From: Eubacteriales bacterium | Lineage (GTDB): Bacteria > Bacillota > Clostridia > Oscillospirales > CAG-272 | Length of the DNA: 64,000 bases | Reading direction: 5' to 3' | Assembly: GCA_045660325.1 (NCBI GenBank) | Contig: JAZRDO010000023.1 | Location: 4,897-68,896 of the forward strand | Shown here: piece by piece, positions 11,317-20,631 of the stretch | Numbering within the stretch: the stretch's first letter is position 1 | How the letters are laid out: each line of letters opens with the position of its first letter | The notes under the pieces: model-generated | The model's input: only the letters and a program-made list of their open reading frames with translations | What the model was told of the DNA's origin: nothing | Database searches by the model: none | Made by a program: the position numbers and the translations under genes

Positions 11317-11793
11317 ATGAAAAGCTGTGCGTTTTGCGGAAAAGAAATACACGATGAAGCAATAGTGTGTATTCATTGCAAGGAACCCGTAACTCCCCAA
11401 AAGTCCATTGAAATCAAAAGAACTAAAATCAAAAAAGTCAAGGATCCTATAAAGAAAAAGGACGTAATTTTTCTTATCCTCGGCATCATATTTCCCCTCG
11501 TCGGGCTCATACTCTATCTTGCTTTCAACAAGGAAAACGCATCTCGTAGGAGAGCCGCCAAATTAGGTATGATAATCGGATTTATTATTCTTGGCGTCAT
11601 AATCGCTATAATTATATTGCTCGTTATCATAGCCCTTATCATATTATTGATCTTGCTTTTGGCGCAGCTTTTCCTTAGAGCGTTGGCAGAGGGCCTCGCA
11701 TGGCTCGTTTACTGGATTCTTTCTGCGGTCGGATTTATATTCATTGAAATATTCTCTGCCATATTCGAGGGCATTTTCGGAGCTCTTGCTTAA
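11317..11793 (+). CDS. zinc-ribbon membrane protein, paralogue 4 (long type)
   Basis: MKSCAFCG...CIHC, LGIIFPLVGLILYL; AGGAGG RBS. Confidence 0.88.
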   Translation: MKSCAFCGKEIHDEAIVCIHCKEPVTPQKSIEIKRTKIKKVKDPIKKKDVIFLILGIIFPLVGLILYLAFNKENASRRRAAKLGMIIGFIILGVIIAIIILLVIIALIILLILLLAQLFLRALAEGLAWLVYWILSAVGFIFIEIFSAIFEGIFGALA

Positions 11794-11820
11794 AAATTAC
11801 AAATATACTCGGAGGTAATT

Positions 11821-12159
11821 ATGAAATACTGTGGAACCTGCGGTCGCAAGCTTAATGATGAGGATAACGTTTGTACTCATTGCGGCGCATTCAATATTTG
11901 TGAAGAAACAAAGCCAAAAAAGGAAAAGGTAGACGGATTCCATTTCGGTCTTGCCGTTCTCGGCTTCTTTATTCCCATGGCGGGACTTCTCTTCTATCTT
12001 CTTAGAAAGGACGAAATGCCTCTTCGCGCAAGATCTGCCGCTTGGGGCGCATTCTTCGGCTCAATACATGCCGTTGTCGTTCCTGTGATTTTTGCTTACG
12101 TCTACGTCGGACTTTACTTTGCAATTTTCATTGCCGCGGCACTTATGGGCGCGCTGTAA
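11821..12159 (+). CDS. zinc-ribbon membrane protein, paralogue 5 (short type)
   Basis: MKYCGTCG...CTHCG, LGFFIPMAGLLFYL; GGAGGT RBS. Confidence 0.88.
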   Translation: MKYCGTCGRKLNDEDNVCTHCGAFNICEETKPKKEKVDGFHFGLAVLGFFIPMAGLLFYLLRKDEMPLRARSAAWGAFFGSIHAVVVPVIFAYVYVGLYFAIFIAAALMGAL

Positions 12160-12198
12160 TTTATATGTCAATTATTTGACATATTTTTACGAAAAGTA

Positions 12199-12227
12199 TT
12201 GACAAATTATATAAAGAATGATAAACT
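12199..12227 (+). promoter_or_regulatory. sigma-A promoter of the aro/tyr/phe operon
   Basis: TTGACA-N17-TAAACT with TGn extended -10. Confidence 0.75.
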
Positions 12228-12259
12228 GTATATAATTAATAAAGAAAGCGAGAATCGTC

Positions 12260-12313
12260 ATGGCTAACATTACTTTCGCAACAGTATATTATTACTTTTA
12301 CTTTTATTGCTGA
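12260..12313 (+). CDS. Tyr/Phe-rich leader peptide MANITFATVYYYFYFYC, putative attenuator peptide
   Basis: ATG GCT AAC ATT ACT TTC GCA ACA GTA TAT TAT TAC TTT TAC TTT TAT TGC TGA: seven consecutive Tyr/Phe codons, purine-rich GAAAGCGAG upstream, placed between promoter and terminator. Confidence 0.85.
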   Translation: MANITFATVYYYFYFYC

Positions 12314-12388
12314 GCGTAATTGAGTAAAGGTGATTTTTGATGCGAAAAAAGAATTCTGATTCTTTTGTGCCATACATTTTCTAAGATA

Positions 12389-12430
12389 GGCACTCCACAG
12401 AAAAAATCCCTGTGGAGTGCTATTTTTATT
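12389..12430 (+). terminator. leader (attenuator) terminator upstream of aroF
   Basis: GGCACTCCACAG/CTGTGGAGTGCT stem then ATTTTTATT, about 20 nt before the aroF start. Confidence 0.88.
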
Positions 12431-12452
12431 ACCGTGAAAAGAGGACAGAAAA

Positions 12453-13454
12453 ATGATTGCTATTATAAGACAGGGTACAAGCAAGGAACAAATAGATAAG
12501 CTTACCGCGTGGATCGAGTCGCAGGGGCTCTCCGTGCATCTCTCCGCGGGCGAATATACTACTATCGTAGGACTTGTCGGCGACACGTCAAAGATCGACG
12601 AGGATCTTCTGCGCAGCCTTGATATCGTAGAGGCGGTAAGAAGAATTTCCGAGCCCTTCAAAAGCGCAAACAGAAAGTTCCACCCCGAAAATACAGTTGT
12701 AAACGTAGGAGACACAAGCGTCGGAGGCGACATCTTCTCGGTTATGGCAGGCCCCTGCTCCGTTGAATCCTGCGAGCAGGTAGTGGAAATTGCAAAGGCG
12801 GTCAAGGCGGCGGGCGCGACAATGCTCCGCGGCGGCGCATTCAAGCCGAGAACGTCCCCCTACGATTTCCAAGGTCTTGAAGGCACGGGCATCGAGTATC
12901 TTCTCGAGGCAAAAAAGGTTACGGGCCTTCCCATAGTTACTGAAATTATGAGCGCGCATCATCTTCCTCTCTTTGAGGACGTTGACGTAATTCAGGTCGG
13001 CGCTCGCAATATGCAGAACTTCGAGCTTTTAAAGGAGCTTGGCAGAACGAATAAGCCCATTCTCTTGAAGCGCGGTCTTTCCGCAACCATCAAGGAGTGG
13101 CTCATGTCCGCAGAATACATAATGGCGGGCGGCAACGAAAATATTATTCTCTGTGAGCGCGGAATACGTTCCTACGACTCACAGTACACAAGAAACGTGC
13201 TTGATCTCTCCTGTGTTCCCGTTCTCAAGGAGCTTACACATCTTCCCGTAATCGTCGATCCCAGCCACGCGACAGGCTCACAGAAGCTCGTTAAGCCCAT
13301 GGCTATGGCGGCTGTAGCGGCAGGCGCGCACGGTCTTATGATCGAGGTTCACAACAACCCCAAGAAAGCGCTCTGCGACGGCGCGCAGTCCCTCACTCCC
13401 GATCAGTTCTGCGACGTTATGGCGTCTGTCAGAAAGATCAGGGAATGTATGTAA
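12453..13454 (+). CDS. aroF: DAHP synthase, type I-beta, with N-terminal regulatory domain
   Basis: [51 protein letters not shown]. Confidence 0.96.
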   Translation: MIAIIRQGTSKEQIDKLTAWIESQGLSVHLSAGEYTTIVGLVGDTSKIDEDLLRSLDIVEAVRRISEPFKSANRKFHPENTVVNVGDTSVGGDIFSVMAGPCSVESCEQVVEIAKAVKAAGATMLRGGAFKPRTSPYDFQGLEGTGIEYLLEAKKVTGLPIVTEIMSAHHLPLFEDVDVIQVGARNMQNFELLKELGRTNKPILLKRGLSATIKEWLMSAEYIMAGGNENIILCERGIRSYDSQYTRNVLDLSCVPVLKELTHLPVIVDPSHATGSQKLVKPMAMAAVAAGAHGLMIEVHNNPKKALCDGAQSLTPDQFCDVMASVRKIRECM

Positions 13455-13480
13455 AATCCCTAATAAGAGGTTAAAATAAA

Positions 13481-14329
13481 ATGAAAATCGGTATCGTCGG
13501 CTTAGGACTTATCGGCGGCTCGCTCGCGCGGGCTTACAGAGTCTATGCCGTGGAAAATTCCCAAAGCATTCAAATATTTGCAGAGAACAGAAGCAAATCC
13601 ATTCTCGACTTCGCGATCATGTCGGGTGTGGTTGACGCGCCCCTTGACGAGCGCACGATCCCCGAATGCGACATCATCTTTATCGGTCTCTACCCCGAGG
13701 CGACAATTGAATATATGGAAAAGAACGCCACACTCTTCTCAAAGGATACTATCGTTATGGACCTTTGCGGTACGAAGGCAAAGGTTTGCGAGCGCGGCTT
13801 CGCCCTTGCCAAGGAATACGGCTTTACGTTCGTAGGCGGTCACCCTATGGCGGGAACACAGTTCTCGGGATATAAGAATTCAAAGGCGGATATGTTCCGC
13901 GGCGCTCCTATGGTAATCGTTCCCCCGAGCTTTAACGATATCGAGCTTATCTCCCGCGTAAAAGAGCTTCTCCTCCCCGCAGGCTTTGGCAGATTCTCCT
14001 ACGTTGACGCCGAGCGACACGACAAGCTTATTGCCTTTACCTCCCAGCTTGCGCACGTTGTTTCAAACGCGTACGTAAAGAGCCCCACCGCCCGCGAGCA
14101 CAAGGGCTTTTCGGCAGGAAGCTACCGCGATATGACCCGCGTTGCCTGGCTCAACGAGCAAATGTGGACCGAGCTTTTCTTTGAAAACGCCGAGCCCCTC
14201 AAATTTGAAATTGACACTATTATAAACTCACTTACCGAATATCGCGACGCGCTTGAATCGGGCGACCGAGAAAAAATGCTTACCCTTTTGCGCGACGGAC
14301 GAATCGCAAAGGAACAAATTGATTCTTGA
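13481..14329 (+). CDS. tyrA: prephenate dehydrogenase
   Basis: GLGLIGGS, GGHPMAG, HDKLIAFTSQLAH, SYRDMTRVA. Confidence 0.94.
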   Translation: MKIGIVGLGLIGGSLARAYRVYAVENSQSIQIFAENRSKSILDFAIMSGVVDAPLDERTIPECDIIFIGLYPEATIEYMEKNATLFSKDTIVMDLCGTKAKVCERGFALAKEYGFTFVGGHPMAGTQFSGYKNSKADMFRGAPMVIVPPSFNDIELISRVKELLLPAGFGRFSYVDAERHDKLIAFTSQLAHVVSNAYVKSPTAREHKGFSAGSYRDMTRVAWLNEQMWTELFFENAEPLKFEIDTIINSLTEYRDALESGDREKMLTLLRDGRIAKEQIDS

Positions 14330-14342
14330 AGAGGAAAGATAA

Positions 14343-15491
14343 ATGGAGCTTAATTTATCAGAAATTCGTGAAGAAATAAATGAAATAGACCGCGAGATCG
14401 TCGAGCTTTTCAAAAGAAGAATGGCTTGCGCCTCAAGTGTTGCTCAGTATAAGGCAGAGCACGGTCTCCCCGTGCTTGACTCCGAGCGCGAGCGCGCCCT
14501 CTTGACTAAGATATGCAACCTCGCAGGCGAGGAGCTCGACACGTACGCGCTCACTCTCTACAACACGATGCTCGACGTATCAAAGGCATATCAGCACAAG
14601 ATACTTTCCGAGGATTCCGTAATTTACAAGCAGATCACGGACTCGCTTGCATCCACAAAAAAGGAATTCCCCGCCCGCGCCCGCGTGGCGTGTCAGGGAG
14701 TTGAAGGCGCATACTCGCAGATTGCCGCGACAAAGCTCTTTTCCCTGCCTAGCATCAGCTTTTATAAGACGTTTGAGAATGTTTTCGAGGCGATCGAGCG
14801 CGGAGAATGCGACTACGGTGTTCTCCCTATTGAAAACAGCACGGCGGGATCCGTAAAGCGCGTTTACGAGCTTATGCTCTCGCACAGCTTCAATATCGTG
14901 CGCTCGGTTCGTATCAAGATCGACCACAATCTTCTTGTAAATCAAGGCGTTTCCCTCGACGAGATAACCGAAATCATCTCTCACGAGCAGGCTATAAGTC
15001 AGTGCGCGTCATTCTTATCAAAGCATCCAAATATCAAGGTTACAGTTTGTCAGAATACCGCTATGGCGGCAAAAGCAGTTAAGGAAAGCGGCAGACGCGA
15101 CATAGCGGCAATATCCTCACGCGCTTGCGGTGAGCTTTATTCCCTTTCCAATATAGCTCCCTCGATTCAGGATTCGGGAAATAATCACACAAGATTTATA
15201 TGCATCGGGAAGAAGCCCGAAATATACCCCGGCGCGGATAAGATAACCCTTATGCTCGTTACTAAAAACCGCCCGGGTGAGCTCTATCGCGCGCTCTCCT
15301 GCTTCAATGCGCTCGGAATCGATATGACAAAGCTTGAATCCTGCCCTATCCCCGACCGCGATTTTGAATTTATGTTCTACTTTGACTTTACAGTTTCGGT
15401 ATATTCCGAAAAGCTTAGCGATCTTCTCTGTGAGCTTGAGGCTCGCGGCGAGGACTTCAAGCTTCTCGGCGCGTACAACGAAATCATCTGA
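14343..15491 (+). CDS. pheA: bifunctional chorismate mutase/prephenate dehydratase
   Basis: N-terminal AroQ-type CM domain (IREEINEID...RE), QGVEGAYS, PIENSTAGSV, NHTRF, C-terminal ACT domain (TKLESCP). Confidence 0.94.
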   Translation: MELNLSEIREEINEIDREIVELFKRRMACASSVAQYKAEHGLPVLDSERERALLTKICNLAGEELDTYALTLYNTMLDVSKAYQHKILSEDSVIYKQITDSLASTKKEFPARARVACQGVEGAYSQIAATKLFSLPSISFYKTFENVFEAIERGECDYGVLPIENSTAGSVKRVYELMLSHSFNIVRSVRIKIDHNLLVNQGVSLDEITEIISHEQAISQCASFLSKHPNIKVTVCQNTAMAAKAVKESGRRDIAAISSRACGELYSLSNIAPSIQDSGNNHTRFICIGKKPEIYPGADKITLMLVTKNRPGELYRALSCFNALGIDMTKLESCPIPDRDFEFMFYFDFTVSVYSEKLSDLLCELEARGEDFKLLGAYNEII

Positions 15492-15506
15492 TAAAAGGAG
15501 GAAGCT

Positions 15507-16757
15507 ATGTTAAAGACAAATAATCAAAAATGTGTTCTCATAGGCGAGAAGCTTTCGCATAGCTTTTCCCCTATCATCCACTCATATCTTGCGGATTACC
15601 CTTACACCTTAGCGGAGGTCTCCCGCGAAAATCTTGAATCCTTTGTAAAATCGGACAAATTCACCTCGGCAAACGTTACCATTCCCTACAAGGTTGAAAT
15701 TATGAAATACCTTGACGAGATATCCGACGAAGCGAGAGAGATCGGATGTGTAAACACCGTAACTCACACAAAGGACGGCAAACTGCGCGGAGACAACACC
15801 GATTTTTACGGTCTTTCCTATCTTATAAAATCCAGCGGAATTGACATTTCGGGCAAAAAGGTATTGATCCTCGGTAGCGGTGGCTCTTTCCTTACCGCAA
15901 GCGCGGTAGCAAGAAGCCTTGATGCAAAAGAAATAATTTGCATCTCCCGCAATGGCGAGGTGAATTACGAAAACGTATATAATATCCATCCCGACGCGGA
16001 TATTATTATCAACACGAGCCCCGTCGGAATGTACCCAAACAATCTTGAATGTAAAATAGACCTTGCAAAATTTGACTCGGTCAAGGGCGTTTTCGATATC
16101 GTATTCAATCCGTCCAAAACAAAGCTTCTCCTTGATGCGGAAAAGCTATTGATCCCCGCCTTCGGCGGCCTTCCAATGCTCGTAGCACAGGCAAAGCGTG
16201 CCTCGGAGATCTTCACGGGCGAGAAGATAGATGATAGCGAGATCGACAGAATCACGAAAATACTTGAAGAAACAACTCTTAATATAATCCTTGTCGGTAT
16301 GCCCGGCTGCGGCAAAAGCACAATAGCCGCTTCCCTCGCCGAAAAGCTCGGTCGCGAAATAATCGACACCGATAAGGAGATCGAACAAAACGCAAAAATG
16401 CCCATTCCCGAAATATTCTCCACCTTCGGCGAAGGTGTGTTCCGCTCGCTTGAGCATAACGAGGTCAAAAACGCGGGAAAATCAAGCGGAAAGATCATCT
16501 CCACGGGCGGCGGCGTGGTAACCATACCCGACAATTACGAGCCGCTTCATCAAAACGGAATAATTATTTTTATCAAGCGCGATATAAACAGTCTTTCGCG
16601 CGACGGAAGACCGCTTTCAATGGGTGCGGATCTCTCAAAAATGTATGCGACAAGACTCCCCATGTACGAGCGCTTTGCGGATTTTACCGTTGAAAACGAC
16701 AGCGATATTGACTCCTGCGCCGACAAAATCATAGCTTTAATCAGAGGACGAAAATGA
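15507..16757 (+). CDS. aroE: shikimate dehydrogenase-shikimate kinase fusion
   Basis: HSFSP, NVTIPYK, GDNTD in the N-terminal part; GMPGCGKST and STGGG kinase motifs in the C-terminal part. Confidence 0.92.
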   Translation: MLKTNNQKCVLIGEKLSHSFSPIIHSYLADYPYTLAEVSRENLESFVKSDKFTSANVTIPYKVEIMKYLDEISDEAREIGCVNTVTHTKDGKLRGDNTDFYGLSYLIKSSGIDISGKKVLILGSGGSFLTASAVARSLDAKEIICISRNGEVNYENVYNIHPDADIIINTSPVGMYPNNLECKIDLAKFDSVKGVFDIVFNPSKTKLLLDAEKLLIPAFGGLPMLVAQAKRASEIFTGEKIDDSEIDRITKILEETTLNIILVGMPGCGKSTIAASLAEKLGREIIDTDKEIEQNAKMPIPEIFSTFGEGVFRSLEHNEVKNAGKSSGKIISTGGGVVTIPDNYEPLHQNGIIIFIKRDINSLSRDGRPLSMGADLSKMYATRLPMYERFADFTVENDSDIDSCADKIIALIRGRK

Positions 16758-17803
16758 AAATTGTAAACGTAAACGCGTCAAGAAATTACAATATTCTCAT
16801 TGAAAACAATTTAATAGACAGCTGCGGAAAATATATTCGCGAGATAACGAAGGCAAAAAATGCGGTAATCATCACCGACGATACCGTTTTTTCGCTCTAC
16901 TGTGAGAAGGTGGAAAAATCCTTACAAGATAACGACTTTGAGGTTTTGAAGTACGTCATCCCGCACGGAGAGGACTCAAAGAGCGCGGAGAATTTTATAA
17001 AGATCCTCAACTTTTTAGCGGATAACAAGATCTCCCGCGCGGATATTATCGTAGCACTCGGCGGTGGCGTTGTCGGAGACCTTGCGGGCTTCGTTGCATC
17101 AAGCTTTTTGCGCGGAATTGAATTTGTGCAGATACCCACAACGCTTCTTTCAATGGTCGACTCCTCAGTCGGCGGAAAGACCGCAATCAATCTCGACGCG
17201 GGCAAAAACCTTGCGGGCGCGTTCTATCAGCCCTCGCTCGTTCTTTGCGATCCCAAAACGCTTGACACTCTCCCGAAGGAAATATTCTCGGACGGATGCG
17301 CCGAGGTAATTAAGTACGGTATTATCAACGATCGCCCGCTTTTCGATAAGCTCAAGGGCGGTATTGATTCAAATATTGACAGCATAATTGAAAACTGTGT
17401 AAAAAACAAGCGCGATATAGTCAACATCGACGAGCGCGACACAGGTGTGCGCCAGCTCTTAAACCTCGGTCATACTATCGCGCACACCATAGAGCAAAAT
17501 TCGGGCTTCTCTGTATCCCACGGCTCTGCGGTCTCAATCGGAATTTTATACGTTTCAAAGATCTCCAATAAAATGGGATATCTTACGGACGGCGAGCTTG
17601 CTGAAATAAAGAGCATTTTAGAGCTTTATTCTCTTCCGACCGCTTGCCCCTATACTCCCGACGAGATCCTAAGTGTTGCCGTGTCCGACAAGAAGGTCGG
17701 CTCGGGCTCAATTAATCTCGTTGTTCCCTACTCCATTGGCGACACAAGACTTATGAGGGTCGAGCTTTCGTCTCTTGGGGAAATTCTTGAGATGGGAGTG
17801 TAA
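16754..17803 (+). CDS. aroB: 3-dehydroquinate synthase
   Basis: GGGVVGD, PTTLLSMVDSSVGGKT, LNLGHT, HGSAV, DKK. Confidence 0.96.
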   Translation: MKIVNVNASRNYNILIENNLIDSCGKYIREITKAKNAVIITDDTVFSLYCEKVEKSLQDNDFEVLKYVIPHGEDSKSAENFIKILNFLADNKISRADIIVALGGGVVGDLAGFVASSFLRGIEFVQIPTTLLSMVDSSVGGKTAINLDAGKNLAGAFYQPSLVLCDPKTLDTLPKEIFSDGCAEVIKYGIINDRPLFDKLKGGIDSNIDSIIENCVKNKRDIVNIDERDTGVRQLLNLGHTIAHTIEQNSGFSVSHGSAVSIGILYVSKISNKMGYLTDGELAEIKSILELYSLPTACPYTPDEILSVAVSDKKVGSGSINLVVPYSIGDTRLMRVELSSLGEILEMGV

Positions 17804-17805
17804 AA

Positions 17806-19065
17806 ATGGATATTACTCTTAACTGTCCGAGACTTTCGGGTGAGATACGCGCTATCTCCTCAAAGAGCGAGGCGCACAGACAGCTCATCTGCGCCGCCCT
17901 CTCGGACAAGCCTACAAAAATAATTTGCTCCGACACAAGCAACGATATTGACGCGACGGTCTTATCTCTCAATGCTCTCGGCGCAAGCATAAAAAGAGTT
18001 CATGACGGCTTTACCGTTGAGCCTATAACCGTCCCTGTTTCTCCCGCGCGTCTCGACTGCGGAGAATCGGGCTCGACTCTGCGCTTTCTCATTCCCATAA
18101 TCGCGGCTCTTGGCGTTGAAGCCGAAATCACTATGCACGGAAGACTCCCAAGTCGCCCTCTCTCTCCCCTTTACGAGCTTCTCATAAACGAAGGCATCAA
18201 GATGTCGGCGCAGGGGGAAAATCCCTTTACTGTAAAGGGAAAGCTTAACGCGGGAAATTATCGCATCGCGGCGAACGTCTCCTCGCAATTTATCAGCGGA
18301 CTCCTCTTCGCGCTCTCACTTGCCGAGGGAGATTCCACGCTTACGCTTGAAGGCAAAATCGAGTCCGAAAAATATATTGATATGACTCTTGACGCCATCC
18401 GTCTTTTCGGCGGCGACATAGATTATGCGGACAGTAAATTCACCGTAAGATCAAAGGGGAAATTCACTTCCCCCGAGCTTGTAACCGTCGGCGGAGACTG
18501 GTCAAACGCGGCATTCTTTCTCTCGGCGGGAGCTTTGAGTGATTCCCCCGTAACCGTTACGGGCCTTGATATGAATTCCTCGCAGGGAGATAAAGCAATT
18601 CTCGACGCGTTATCTGGGATGGGTGCAAATATAAGCATCTGCGGCAACGCAGTAACGGTTTCAAAGAACAAACTGCGCGGAATCGAGCTTGACGCCTCGC
18701 AGATTCCCGATCTCGTGCCCATTATCGCGACAGTAGCCTCAGTTGCGGACGGCAAGACAGTAATCTACAACGCGGCGCGACTCAAAATAAAGGAAAGCGA
18801 CAGAATTCTCTCGACCTGCAATATGATATCCGCTATCGGCGGAAACATTGTTCCCACAGCCGACGGAATGATAATTTACGGTGTCGGCAGGCTTTCGGGT
18901 GGTGAGGTCAACTCCGCCCAAGACCACAGAATCGCTATGAGCGCCGCTATTGCATCCACGGTAAGTAATGATCCCGTAACTATTCGCGGATTTGAAGCTA
19001 TAAATAAATCCTACCCAAATTTCAAGTGTGATTTTGACAAATTAACCCTAAACGGAGAAAATTAA
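17806..19065 (+). CDS. aroA: EPSP synthase
   Basis: SKSEAHR, CGESGSTLRF, SSQFISGLL, KESDR, DHRIAM, KSYP. Confidence 0.96.
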   Translation: MDITLNCPRLSGEIRAISSKSEAHRQLICAALSDKPTKIICSDTSNDIDATVLSLNALGASIKRVHDGFTVEPITVPVSPARLDCGESGSTLRFLIPIIAALGVEAEITMHGRLPSRPLSPLYELLINEGIKMSAQGENPFTVKGKLNAGNYRIAANVSSQFISGLLFALSLAEGDSTLTLEGKIESEKYIDMTLDAIRLFGGDIDYADSKFTVRSKGKFTSPELVTVGGDWSNAAFFLSAGALSDSPVTVTGLDMNSSQGDKAILDALSGMGANISICGNAVTVSKNKLRGIELDASQIPDLVPIIATVASVADGKTVIYNAARLKIKESDRILSTCNMISAIGGNIVPTADGMIIYGVGRLSGGEVNSAQDHRIAMSAAIASTVSNDPVTIRGFEAINKSYPNFKCDFDKLTLNGEN

Positions 19066-19067
19066 TT

Positions 19068-20147
19068 ATGTCTACAACCTACGGAAAAAACCTTAAGCTC
19101 TCCATCTTCGGCGGCTCGCACGACGAGAAGATATTTATGACTCTCGACGGCATCCCCGCAGGACATAGGATCAATAAAGACGAGCTTATGCTCCTTATGT
19201 CTCGCAGAGCGCCGGGACAAAACAAATACTCAACACAGAGAAAAGAGCCCGATATTCCCGTATTTATCTCGGGACTTGACGAAAACAATATTACCACGGG
19301 CGAGAGGATCGAGTGCGAGATACACAACACAAATCAGCATTCATCCGACTACTCCTCACTTGTTGACGTTCCCCGTCCCTCTCACGCCGACTATGCGGCG
19401 AGAATGAAATACGGCGAGGGCGTTGACCTTCGCGGCGGCGGACATTTCTCGGGCAGACTCACGTCTCTTATGTGTGTAGCGGGCGGAATCTGTATGCAGA
19501 TACTGAAAGAACAAGGCGTTTTGATTGCATCACATATATACTCTATCGGCAACGTACAGGACGAGAAATTTGACCCCATCTCCCCCGCCGAGCAGATGTC
19601 TTGTCTTAACGGCAAGGACTTCCCCGTCATCTCCGACGAGGCAGGCGAAAAGATGAAAGCGACAATCGACCAAGCAAGACTTGACGGAGATTCGGTCGGC
19701 GGCATCGTTGAAGCTGCTATTATCGGACTTGCGGCAGGACACGGCGAGCATATATTCGACGGAATTGAGAGCAGGATCTCCTCGTTCGTATTCTCCATTC
19801 CCGCAGTTAAGGGAGTTGAATTCGGTCTTGGGTTTGGCTCGTCCGCGCTTCGCGGCTCCGAAAACAACGACGAATTCTACACCGACGGAGAAAATGTTTA
19901 CACAAAGACAAACAACTGCGGCGGAATTCTCGGCGGTATGTCAAACGGAATGCCCATCATCTTCCGCGCGGCTTTCAAACCCACGCCCTCCATTGCCAAG
20001 GAGCAAAACAGCGTTTCGCTCTCAAAAATGGAGAACGTGAAGCTAAAAATTGGCGGTAGACACGATCCCTGCGTAGTAGCTCGCGCAGTTCCCGTTGTTG
20101 AGGCAGCGGCGGCGCTTGCAATTTACGATATATTACTTGATACGTGA
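19068..20147 (+). CDS. aroC: chorismate synthase
   Basis: GGSH, RPSHAD, GGGHFSGR, GDSVGG, FKPTPSI, GRHDPC. Confidence 0.96.
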   Translation: MSTTYGKNLKLSIFGGSHDEKIFMTLDGIPAGHRINKDELMLLMSRRAPGQNKYSTQRKEPDIPVFISGLDENNITTGERIECEIHNTNQHSSDYSSLVDVPRPSHADYAARMKYGEGVDLRGGGHFSGRLTSLMCVAGGICMQILKEQGVLIASHIYSIGNVQDEKFDPISPAEQMSCLNGKDFPVISDEAGEKMKATIDQARLDGDSVGGIVEAAIIGLAAGHGEHIFDGIESRISSFVFSIPAVKGVEFGLGFGSSALRGSENNDEFYTDGENVYTKTNNCGGILGGMSNGMPIIFRAAFKPTPSIAKEQNSVSLSKMENVKLKIGGRHDPCVVARAVPVVEAAAALAIYDILLDT

Positions 20148-20157
20148 GGTGAAAGGT

Positions 20158-20592
20158 ATGAATTTTTTAATCATCAACGGTCCTAATCTCAATATGCTCG
20201 GCATCCGCGAGCCTGAGCTTTACGGAAATCAGAATTATTCTGCACTCTGCAAGCTCATAAAGAATACCTGTATTGAAAACAATATTGATTACGAGATCTA
20301 TCAGTCCAACCACGAGGGCGCCATAGTTGACAAAATTCAGGACGCGTACAATGTTTTCGACGGAATTATTATTAATCCCGCGGCGTACACACACACCTCA
20401 ATAGCAATTCTCGACGCGCTCAAGGCGGTGGGCATTCCCACAGTCGAGGTACATATTTCCGACGTGTCCAAGAGAGAGGACTTCAGACAAATCTCCTACG
20501 TTTCTCTCACGGCGGTAAAAACCTTTATGGGACTTGGTCTTGACGGATATCGCGAGGCTATACTCTATCTTAAAAATTATATCGAAAAATAA
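20158..20592 (+). CDS. aroQ: type II 3-dehydroquinate dehydratase
   Basis: INGPNLNMLGIREP, QSNHEG, NPAAYTHTS, EVHIS. Start moved to ATG 20158. Confidence 0.96.
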   Translation: MNFLIINGPNLNMLGIREPELYGNQNYSALCKLIKNTCIENNIDYEIYQSNHEGAIVDKIQDAYNVFDGIIINPAAYTHTSIAILDALKAVGIPTVEVHISDVSKREDFRQISYVSLTAVKTFMGLGLDGYREAILYLKNYIEK

Positions 20593-20593
20593 G

Positions 20594-20622
20594 AAAAAGG
20601 ACGGGTATACCGTCCTTTTTTC
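20594..20622. terminator. bidirectional terminator
   Basis: AAAAAGGACGG/CCGTCCTTTTT between convergent genes. Confidence 0.8.
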
Positions 20623-20631
20623 TTGTGAAAA

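Noticed and set aside
12240-12452. T-box riboswitch upstream of aroF
   Set aside because: No GGTGG..ACC T-box motif or recognisable stem I; a Tyr/Phe uORF explains the leader better.
15507-16757. AroE-AroK fusion as a novelty
   Set aside because: To my knowledge this fusion is common in Clostridia, so it is recorded only as a feature.
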